From positions 2,528,001-2,592,000 of the forward strand of contig OZ242180.1 of the NCBI GenBank assembly GCA_965205485.1: a stretch of 64,000 nt of DNA. Direction: 5' to 3'. Below, piece after piece: positions 30,846 to 40,276 of the stretch; the first letter of the stretch is position 1, and the number at the start of each line of letters is the position of its first letter. Made by a program: the position numbers and the translations under genes. Source of the DNA: Candidatus Latescibacterota bacterium. GTDB taxonomy: Bacteria > Latescibacterota > UBA2968 > GCA-2709665. The notes beneath the pieces are model-generated. The model was not told where the DNA came from, made no database searches, and saw only the letters and a program-made list of their open reading frames with translations.

Positions 30846-31757
30846 TTGATATATGCCCGATGGACATGGAGAGGGATCGTTCTGGGTGACGGCGGGATGT
30901 TCCTGGAGGCGAACTGGAGAGGTTACGATGTACCCGGCATCATCGGCTCCCACCCGGATGCGCTTCAGCAGATCCATCGGGACTTTTACAATTCGGGTTC
31001 GGAGGTGCTCCAGGCGCTGACATGGTTTACCTCGGGGGCACAACTGGAGGAGAAATACGGTTGGGGAGGCCGTGTGGACGAAATCAACAGGACCGGGATT
31101 CGCGCGGCGAAAGAGGCGTCCGGCTGGGAGGCGCCGGTCGGCGGCTGTCTCGTCACCACGATGAAGGGCTCCCGGTTGGGAGACAAGGGTTACAATCCGG
31201 AGGATCCTTCGTCGCGCGCCCGCGCGCAGGCCGAATGGGAAGAGCAGATCGCGATTCTGGTGGACGCGGGCGCCGACTTTCTGATTCCGGAGACGTTTTC
31301 CCGTCTGGACGAGATGCGGCTGTGCGTGGAAAGCTGCAAGAAGACCGGCCTGCCGACGATGGCGCTTATGGGCATCGGAAGCAAAAAGCAGACACGGGAC
31401 GGCGCCAATGCGGCGGAATGCGCCCGCACTCTCGTGGACGACGGCGCGGATATCGTGGGGACCGTCTGCATCGGGGACCCGGACCAGATGCTGCCGACGG
31501 CGCTCGAGATGCGGGAAGCGGTGGACGTGCCGATCGCCTGCCAGCCCAAGGGATTCAGGCAAGTGGCGGATACCGGAGGCGTCAGCTATGCCGTCCGCCG
31601 TCACCGCAACGGCGTCACGCCTGACGAGATGGCGGCGTTCGCGCTGAAGGCGATGGCGGAAGGGATCAACTTCGTGGGGTGCTGCTGCGGCGCGGGACCA
31701 TCCCACATCCGTGCGATGGCCGAGGCGCTGGGGAAGCCGACGTCGATACCGGAATAG
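30846..31757 (+). CDS. Homocysteine S-methyltransferase family protein (paralogue 2; 5' end damaged)
   Basis: Nearly identical to paralogue 3 over its body; GTVC and GCCCG motifs; the first codons show deletions relative to paralogue 3. Confidence 0.85.
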   Translation: MIYARWTWRGIVLGDGGMFLEANWRGYDVPGIIGSHPDALQQIHRDFYNSGSEVLQALTWFTSGAQLEEKYGWGGRVDEINRTGIRAAKEASGWEAPVGGCLVTTMKGSRLGDKGYNPEDPSSRARAQAEWEEQIAILVDAGADFLIPETFSRLDEMRLCVESCKKTGLPTMALMGIGSKKQTRDGANAAECARTLVDDGADIVGTVCIGDPDQMLPTALEMREAVDVPIACQPKGFRQVADTGGVSYAVRRHRNGVTPDEMAAFALKAMAEGINFVGCCCGAGPSHIRAMAEALGKPTSIPE

Positions 31758-32113
31758 CCGGGACCGTATCAGCTACTGTAGAGAGCACCTTTCGTCTGTC
31801 AGGCCTCGTGACGCGTTTGTACGTTGCATAGTAGCCTACCTGAGCCGCTCCCTGAGCTTGTCGAAGGGTCGGCGAAGGTCTATCAAAGGTTCCGAAACGC
31901 GGGCACTTCGACAAGCTCAGTGTCCACGTTTCGGAAGGCGAGAGTTGACAGGCTTGACACAGGCACCGAAGGCGCTTTGACAGTCTCAGTGCGAGTATTC
32001 ATGGAGCGTTTCCGGGTCCAAGTCCAACGCAGGCAACGGTAGGATACGCTTTGAAGTGGCGTTCGAAACGTAACTAATTTCTCTGATCGGTCACTACAGA
32101 GGAGAATCTTGAT

Positions 32114-33028
32114 ATGCCCGGGAATCTTATGGAAATGCTCAAGGAAGGGATCGTTCTGGGTGACGGCGGGATGTACCTGGAGGCGAACTGGAGAGGTTAC
32201 GATGTACCCGGCATCATCGGCTCCCACCCGGATGCGCTTCAGCAGATCCATCGGGACTTTTACAATTCGGGTTCGGAGGTGCTCCAGGCGCTGACGTGGT
32301 TTACCTCGGGCGCTCAGCTGGAGGAGAAATACGGATGGGGAGGCCGCGTGGACGAAATCAACCGGACCGGGATTCGCGCGGCGAAAGAGGCGTCCGGTTG
32401 GGAGGCGCCGGTGGGCGGCTGTCTCGTCTCCACGATGACCGGCTCCCGGCTGGGAGACCGGGTTTACAATCCGGAGGATCCTTCGTCGCACGCCCGCGCG
32501 CAGGCCGAATGGGAAGAGCAGATCGCGATTCTCGTCGACGCCGGCGCCGACTTCCTGATCCCGGAGACGTTCTTCCGTCTGGACGAGATGCGGCTGTGCG
32601 TGGAAAGCTGCAAGAAGACCGGCCTGCCGACGATGGCGCTTGTGGGCATCGGAAGCGACAAACAGACACAGGACGGCGCCAATGCGGCGGAATGCGCCCG
32701 CGCTCTCGTGGACGACGGCGCGGATATCGTGGGGACCGTCTGTATCGGGGACCCGGACCAGATGCTGCCGACGGCGCTCGAGATGCGGGAAGCGGTGGAC
32801 GTGCCGATCGCCTGCCAGCCGAAGGGATTCAGGCAAATGACGGATACCGAAGACGTCGGCTACGCCGTCCACCGTCACCGCAATGGCGTCACGCCCGACG
32901 ATATGGGGGCGTTCGCGCTGAAGGCGAGGGCGGAAGGGATCAACTTCGTGGGGTGCTGCTGCGGCGCGGGTCCATCCCACATCCGTGCGATGGCCGAGGC
33001 GCTCGGAAAGCCGGTGCGAGCCGGGTAG
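32114..33028 (+). CDS. Homocysteine S-methyltransferase family protein (paralogue 3)
   Basis: VLGDGG, IPETF, GTVC, GCCCG and HIRAMA motifs; AGGAG RBS. Confidence 0.92.
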   Translation: MPGNLMEMLKEGIVLGDGGMYLEANWRGYDVPGIIGSHPDALQQIHRDFYNSGSEVLQALTWFTSGAQLEEKYGWGGRVDEINRTGIRAAKEASGWEAPVGGCLVSTMTGSRLGDRVYNPEDPSSHARAQAEWEEQIAILVDAGADFLIPETFFRLDEMRLCVESCKKTGLPTMALVGIGSDKQTQDGANAAECARALVDDGADIVGTVCIGDPDQMLPTALEMREAVDVPIACQPKGFRQMTDTEDVGYAVHRHRNGVTPDDMGAFALKARAEGINFVGCCCGAGPSHIRAMAEALGKPVRAG

Positions 33029-33044
33029 TTCTCGGGAGGATCCC

Positions 33045-34173
33045 ATGAGCCGGATGTGTCCTGGTGAATTCCGAGTCGTCTCCTATGACGTCCCGGACTT
33101 CCAGGGGGATTTTACCTGCCACGATTACGGGGACCCGCATGCGCCGAGAATTGCGCGCCTCAGGGAAGAAGTACGGGCTTGAAGGCGTCGTGGCGGGCTG
33201 CGGGACGGAATTCGAGGGGTTTCTGGCCCTGAAGCGATGGGTCCGAAAACAGTGGGACCACGGGCTCTGGTACAACCGCCCGGAAATCGACGACGGCCTG
33301 GGGATTCTGGAGGCCGTGAGCAGGGGGGAACGTTTCTTCTGCGGCTCCTACGCGCGGCTCTTCGTGGATGCGGCAACCGCGCTCGGCTGGCCGGCGCGGC
33401 GGGTGGCGGTCTCCATCGAAGATTGCGAGGCGCCCCGGGACTACGCGATGTGGAACGTCGGACACGCGGTTGCGGAGGTCTGGTCCAACGAATACCGGAA
33501 GTGGGTGATGATGGATCCCGACATCAACGTCCACTACGAGCGGGACGGTACGCCGTTGAACGCGCTGGAGATCCGGGAGGCGTGGCTGGACGGCGTTGCG
33601 GATGAGGTTGAAATGGTGCAGGACCAGCCGGAATTCGTCATTCCCGATGCCAGGCACGTCCGTCTCGCGCTCCGGGACCCCACCTGCCGGAAAGACTATG
33701 ACGAGGAGGTCAACCGCCATTTGTTCGCGAGGTTCCTGCGAAACAGGGTGATGGACTACTACGCCCGGGTCCGGGTTCTGACGGACCGCCTCACCCTGGA
33801 ATGGGTGGACCGAAGGTGCCTGCCCACGTTCGTGAGCAACTTCAGACCGCTCGGCCCCGTTCGATTGACCTCCAGTCTCCCCGATGTGTACTGGTCGGTG
33901 AATCTGGTGCGCATTTCCACGCATCCGTCCTGGGACGAGGAGGGCGCCAGCATCGCGGTGACGCTCTCGCACTGCATGCCGTTCTTCGATCACTACGAAA
34001 TTCGCTTCGACGACGGGGCCTGGCAGCGGTGCGGCGAGCGTTTCGACTGGCCGATGCGGGAGGGGGTGCAGTCGCTGTCATGCAGGGGCGTGAATTCGAT
34101 GAAACGAACAGGCGTTCCCAGCCGGATCGCGGTGGCGTACGCCCGGCCGCCCGAGGGAACCGGGTATTACTGA
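33045..34173 (+). CDS. Transglutaminase-like domain protein (frameshift ~33165)
   Basis: Triad-like FFCGSYA, GHAVAEVWS and MMDPD; GGAGG RBS before ATG 33045; removing one G from AGGG joins the frames. Confidence 0.8.
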
Positions 34174-34230
34174 TACCATCCAGTCGACGGCGTATGCGCG
34201 TCGTCCACGTGCCTACGGGGGAGAGTTGGG

Positions 34231-35361
34231 ATGATTTCAATCGCGGCTGATTTCGAATGCGGAAACGCGAAGCATATCCGGCAGATCGCAATCGACCGGT
34301 TCCGGCTCGAAGTTGTCGGGGACAAGCCCACGTACAGTTACTACTTCTGTTTCGACGTCCGGAACGATGGGCCCGCAACGGCTGTGACCGTTGAAGTGTG
34401 GCCGGACTCGCGATTCGGCCCGGAGGGATTCGTGGTCAGCCTGCCGACCACGGTGTGGGTCGCATCCCGGAGCGACGGTCGATTCAGGCCGCTCGACCGC
34501 GAACGGGTCCGGAATACGGAGGAACCGCTGTTGATTCGCCTGAATCTGAAGGCAAACGAGACGATTCGGGTAACGAACGCATGGCCCGCGCGCTACAGCG
34601 ATACGCAAGACGCGCTCCGAAGGCTGGCGGATGAACGCGGGGACCGCTGCGAGGCATTTACCATTGGCAAATCGGTGCAGGGGCGGGACATCACCGGAAT
34701 CCGGACCGGCGCGCCCGGCAAGCCCCGGATTCTGTGCGTGGCCGGACAGCACGCGGTCGAGTTCTCGGGCACGTGGGGGATGCTGGGCATTGCGGATTTC
34801 ATCACGTCTCTCGTTCCCGACGCCGTCGCCCTCCGGGAGCGGATACAGGTGGAGGTCCTGCCGGCGGTCAATCCCGATGGGAACGTTGCAGGCAGGAACG
34901 CGTTCAACGCCGAGGGGTTCGACATGTACCGGTCATTCGGCGAAGACCCGGAGGCGGAGGCGCCCGAAGCCCACGAGAGCCGCTTGCTATGGGACATGCT
35001 TGTAAAGGACCGGCCGGCGATGTGGATGAATATCCATGCGTACGTGGGCTGGCGGGAAAACGGAGAATACCCTTACGACGGATGGTACGAGGTGGTCGAT
35101 CCCGTCTTCGAGAATACCGATCGCGCCCGGCTGTACCAGGCCCTATGCGACACGATGCGCCTGGAGACCGACGGCATGTCCACGCACGGCAGGGCGAACG
35201 TGCATCGTGAGAATACGATGTGCTATCAGATGGCCCGCAGGCTCGGCATCCCCAGCGTATTCTATGAGCTCAACGTCGCCACGGCGGGTCCGCACGGCGC
35301 CGCCAAACGCGCGATCCACGTGTTCAAACGGGCGGTACATACGCTGCTCAACAGCGAATAA
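34231..35361 (+). CDS. M14 family zinc carboxypeptidase
   Basis: ISIAADFECGN N-terminal domain, IGKSVQGRDI, QHAVE (HxxE), VNPDG and NIHA motifs. Confidence 0.88.
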   Translation: MISIAADFECGNAKHIRQIAIDRFRLEVVGDKPTYSYYFCFDVRNDGPATAVTVEVWPDSRFGPEGFVVSLPTTVWVASRSDGRFRPLDRERVRNTEEPLLIRLNLKANETIRVTNAWPARYSDTQDALRRLADERGDRCEAFTIGKSVQGRDITGIRTGAPGKPRILCVAGQHAVEFSGTWGMLGIADFITSLVPDAVALRERIQVEVLPAVNPDGNVAGRNAFNAEGFDMYRSFGEDPEAEAPEAHESRLLWDMLVKDRPAMWMNIHAYVGWRENGEYPYDGWYEVVDPVFENTDRARLYQALCDTMRLETDGMSTHGRANVHRENTMCYQMARRLGIPSVFYELNVATAGPHGAAKRAIHVFKRAVHTLLNSE

Positions 35362-35399
35362 AAGGAAGAAGGAAAAAGGAAAAAGGAAGAAGGAAAAGC

Positions 35400-36095
35400 A
35401 GCGATCAGCTATCAGCCGTCAGCTGTCAGCCAAAAACGAAGAGCAAAACCAGAAACCAGTCTTCCCCAATTTCCCTGCCTACGGCGTGTTCCTTTTGAAG
35501 CGACCAAAAGGAACCAAAAGTCGCCGCTGGGCGCGGTGCCTGCCATATGCACAGCGCGAATTGGCTCACTGAATGCACATGGTCCTCCGGCCTACCGGCC
35601 ACGCAAGAACACCGAAAGCCGGCGCTGAACGGAACCACGCGCTCTGCTCTGGTCGTGCTCGCGAGAGAACTCGCGCTCGAAAGCCGAATGCCTATCTGAA
35701 AGCGAGCAATATGGCTTGGCGAAGTCTATCGGCGATGTCCGCGTCACTACATGGGCAACCACAAGGGTTGCCCCTACAAATTCAAATAGAGCGTGTCCGG
35801 TGGTTGCGTGGGGGGTTTTTCCGTGTTAATCCGTACACCTCTGTTGATCGGAAGTTCCGCGAAGGATCGAAGGCCACCCAAATACCGTTTTGGCCACTGA
35901 GGAGATTCACGGAAAAACCGGCCCCCTGCCGAAGGGCGCGCTTCTTTTTGGTCCTTTTTCGCGCATAAGAAAAAGGACGTAAATAATAGAAAAACAAAGG
36001 ATTTATGAGAAGAATATCCAGCATTCAAATGACATACATATTGTTTGCATTTCAATACGAAATCATGCCTTCGGCGTGTTCCATAAAACCGCGTA
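35400..36095. repeat. Large structured non-coding repeat element, copy 1
   Basis: Colinear with 37648-38445; contains terminal hairpins and a GTAG-type REP (35752-35776). Confidence 0.85.
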
Positions 36096-36311
36096 GAGAT
36101 TAGACGTTAGACTCGAAAGATTACCTGCCTTGTGAGGTTTCTTCTCCTGCCGGAGGCAAGAGGTTTAGAATATGGGGCAAGGATCTCGTCTACCGTCTAC
36201 GCTCTTACGTCTCACCGCCTTTTGGCTACAGGCCGGTCGCCCTACAAACCCGACAGGTGTATCCTGTGATACGTGTAGTGTGGAACTGAATTCGTTTGAC
36301 CACAGGAGTCC

Positions 36312-37583
36312 ATGATGGACCCGAAAAGACGCGACGTTCTTGAAAGGTACCTGTCTCGAGACTGGTATTCGGAAAAGGCGAGACAGGCCAGGATGGAGCG
36401 ATACCTGGAATGGATGGCGCGCCAGGAAAGGCCGCCCATGCGGGTTGCCGGTCCCGACCGGGGCGCCCGTGTCTTGAACGTGGGGGTGGTCGGCCTGGGA
36501 CGGGGCCGGTTCATGGCGAGATTGTGCAACCTCCTGGACCGGAGTCGGACCGTGGCGGTATGCGACGAGGTCCCGGACCTGGCGGAATACGTCGCCGACG
36601 AGCTGGACGTCCCCAGGTTCGTACCGGCGGTACGAAGACATGCTGAAGGACGACGAGGTCCGCGTGGTCGTGGTGGAGACGGGCACGGACCGGCACGGGG
36701 AGCATGCGATCCAGGCGTTGCAGGCGGGCAAGCACGTCTTTGTGGAAATGCCCCTTGCCGTCACCCTGGAGGAATGCAGGGCCATCGTCGATCTGAGCGA
36801 GGCAACCGGCCTCAAGGTGCAGATGGGAAACCAGTTGCGGTGGTATAACCGGTACGAAGCCCTTAAGAAGCTGTGCGTGGAGGGGGAGTTCGGCAAGGTG
36901 CAGTACGTGGAGGCGGAGTACAACTGCGACTACCGGCGGAGGAAGCGGTACTGGGTCGACCGTGAGCGCGAGGTGGGGATGCCGGCCGACCGGGGCTGTG
37001 AAGGTGGCATCGAGCCGCCGCTGAACGCGGCCGTGCATACCACGTTCGACACGTCGCGCTGGCTGCTGGGTGACGAGCAGATCGTCGAAGTGGAAGCATT
37101 CGGGATGCGCGGCACGAGCTTCGTCGAAGGCAGCCCGGAGGAGGGCTTCGGCGCGAATACCGGGGACGGATTCGATAGCGCGGTGGCGCTGATGAAGAGC
37201 GAGAGCGGCGTGATCGTCAAAGCGCTGCAGAGCTACGGATTCCGCCGCCCTCACCTGAACTATCTCGCGCTTTACGGAACGCTGGGATGCTACGAAGGCG
37301 AGCGGCGCAACGAGGTCGGTTCCGGATACGTCCACCTTCCCCACCGGTTTCTGAATACCGTGGAATCGGGCGATGGATGGATGGAACTGCCCCTGATAAC
37401 GGGTTCCGGGCCCGGACACCAGGGGGCGGAATTCGATATGATGCTGGACTTCTTCGATGCCATCGTCCGCGACCGCCGCCCGCTCATCGACGCGGTCCAG
37501 GCCGCGCGTTCGTGCGCTCCCGCGATCTGCGGTGAACTCGCGGCCGCGCGAGGCGAACGGGTAAGGTTCCGCAGTTCCCGTAG
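36312..37583 (+). CDS. Gfo/Idh/MocA family oxidoreductase 2 (frameshifts ~36618 and ~37563)
   Basis: NVGVVGLGRG, AGKHVFVEMP and GHQGAE motifs; single-base corrections give PRSYRRYEDML and a VKVPQFP* end. Confidence 0.85.
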
Positions 37584-37647
37584 GGATCCCCGACGTTCTG
37601 TCCCGTAACGATATTGGGGGTATCTTCCGATCGGAATCACCTAAGAG

Positions 37648-38445
37648 AGCTATCAGCTATCAGCCGTCAGCTGTCAGCCAAAAGCGAAAATCAAAGTCAA
37701 AATCCACATCTCCCCCCGGCCCGTCACACAAAGCCGTCGGCAATCAGCCAAAAACGAAGAGAAGGGCGCGCTTCTTTTTGGTCCTTTTTCTTCAAAAGCA
37801 TAACCAGAAACCCCTCTTCTCCAAATTCCCTGCCTACGGCGTGTTCCTTTTGAAGCGACCAAAAGGAACCAAAAGTCGCCGCTGGGCGCGGGGCCTGCAA
37901 TATGCACGGCGCGAATTGCCTCACGGGATGCACTTGATCCACTGGCCTGCCAACCTCGTAAACAGTCCGATCTTCAGTTCTGGACGGAATAGCGCGCTGT
38001 GCTCTGGGAGTACTCTCGACAGACCTCGCGTTCGAAAGCCGAATGCCTATCTGAAAGCGGCAATATGGCTTGGCGAAGTCTATCGGCGATGTCCGCGTCG
38101 CTACGGGCAACCACAAGGGTTGCCTCTACAAATTCAAATAGAGCGTGTCCGGTGGTTGGGTGGGGGGTTTTTCCGTGTTGATCCGTTCCGCGCCGATGTT
38201 TTGGCACACGTCAGGGAGTCGCAGGCCACCGAGTTGCATTCGTGCCACTGAGGAGATTCACGGAAAAACCGGCCCCCTGCCGAAGGGCGCCTTTTTGGTC
38301 CTTTTTCTTACGCGCATAAGAAAAAGGACGTAAATAAATAATAGAAAATAAAGGCTTTATAGAAAAGAACTGGTATACAAATAGCCAAATCAGTCGCTTG
38401 CCTCTTTATCCAAATCATGCCTGCTTCGTGTTCCTTGAAACCGGA
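37648..38445. repeat. Large structured non-coding repeat element, copy 2
   Basis: Long identical blocks shared with copy 1, alternating with diverged segments. Confidence 0.85.
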
Positions 38446-38555
38446 GAGTGGGAGACGGGGGTAGTCAGAGGATCTCACCACACCCGGGTTCGCGCCCTCA
38501 TTCGTGATCCAATTCTTTCTAACTGTTAGCGAGAGTCCGGCTTCGAGGGTCTCAT

Positions 38556-40276
38556 ATGGGAAAGTTGTCCACCCTTCTTCCTTTTTCCTTCTTCCTTCTG
38601 ATTCTTGGCGGCGGGGCGGCGTACGCGGAGACGCCCCGTTTCGTCGACGTGACGGCGTCATCGGGCATTGACTTCCGGCACGTCCACGGCGGGACGGGGG
38701 AGAAGTACTTCGTGGAGACGATGGGGGCGGGTGTCGCATTCCTGGACTACAACAACGACGGCCGGCTGGACGTTTTCGCCGTCAACGGAGGGACGCTGCC
38801 CGGCTATGCCGGACCTCCCCCGAGAAACCGGCTCTACCGGAACGCCGGCGGGGGTCGCTTCTCGGACGTGACGCGGTTCGCGGGCGTGGGCGAAACGGCC
38901 TACGGCATGGGCGTCTGCGCGGGAGACTTCGACAACGACGGGCACGACGACCTCTACGTGACCTGTTACGGTCCGAACAGCCTGTTCCGGAACAACGGCG
39001 ACGGGACGTTCAGAAACGTGGCAGCCGAGGCCGGCGTGGCCGGCGATGCAGCGTGGAGCGTGGGGTGCGCCTTCCTGGACTACGACGCGGATGGATTCCT
39101 GGACCTCTACGTGGCCAACTACGTCGAATACTCGACCGCCTCCACGGAGACAGGGCTGAGGCCCTACGTTTCCCGGTCCGCACGTCTCTCGGAGGAAGGC
39201 AGGTTCTATCCGCATCCCGACAACTTCAAGGGGGCGGCGGACCGCTGTATCGCAACAACGGCGACGGGACGTTTTCGGACGTGACGGAACCGGCGGGCGT
39301 CTACAATCCCGGCGGCAAGGGAATGGGAATGGCGTGCGCCGACGTCGACGGAAATGGATTCGTGGACGTCTTCGTGGCCAACGACATGACGCCCAATTTT
39401 CTCTTTCTGAACCAGGGCGACGGGCGTTTTGTGGAGAAGGGACTTCTGTCGGGCGTGGCATACAGCGGGTCGGGCGAGCTCCAGTCCAGCATGGGCGCGG
39501 ACTTCGGCGACTTCAACCGGGACGGCCGCCTGGACCTGGCAGTCACCAATTTCAGACTGGAGGGCGCCGGGCTCTTCCGCAACGAGGGCGGGGCGCTGTT
39601 TACGGATATTTCGTCGATTTCAGGGATCAGGACCCCCACGTTTCCCCACGTGGGATGGGGAACCGGATTTCTGGACTACGACAACGATGGCTGGGCCGAT
39701 CTTCTGATGGTGCACGGCCACGTGCTGGACAACGCCGACCGGGTGGGGAGTGTCTACCACCAGCCCGGCATCCTGATGCGAAACAGGGGCGACGGCCGCT
39801 TCATCGACGTCACGCGCGAAGTGAAGGACGATCTGTCCGCGCCGGTTCCCGGCCGGGGCGCCGCCTTCGGAGACTACGACAACGACGGCGACGTGGACGT
39901 GTTCATCCTGGCGGTGAACGGTACGGCGCGGCTCCTGAGAAACGAGGTGGGCAACCGGAACCGCTGGCTGAGGATAAAGCTGGTGGGAGCAGCTCGCGGG
40001 GATCGGCAGCATCCAGGCGCCGCCGGACGCGTGTCCAACCGCAACGGCATTGGCGCCCGCGTGACGGTCTGGGCCGGCGGCAGCCGGCAGAGCCGCGAGG
40101 TCCGCAGCGGATCGAGCTATCTGTCGCAGAACGACTTCCGTCTGCATTTCGGACTCGGCAAGCACCCAGCCGCCGATTCGGTCACGGTCCGGTGGCCGGG
40201 CGGCACGGTGGACCGGTTGGGGAGCATTTCGGCCGATCGGGAGCTTGTCGTAGAGGAAGGGGAAGCGGGTCCATGA
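38556..40276 (+). CDS. CRTAC1 family protein (FG-GAP/VCBS repeats + ASPIC/UnbV), frameshift ~39243
   Basis: DYNNDGRLD, GDFDNDGHDDLYV and GDYDNDGDVD repeats; C-terminal NRNGIGARV...SYLSQNDFRLHFGLG...VRWPGG. Confidence 0.9.

Noticed and set aside
30846..33028. TR/VR-like pair in the methyltransferase duplicates
   Set aside because: Differences are spread over all bases and are often synonymous, as expected for ordinary paralogues.
39334..40272. 975-aa ORF as a single fusion protein
   Set aside because: The first 313 codons are an off-frame shadow of the CRTAC1 gene; the real start is ATG 40273. The same applies to 49374-50021.
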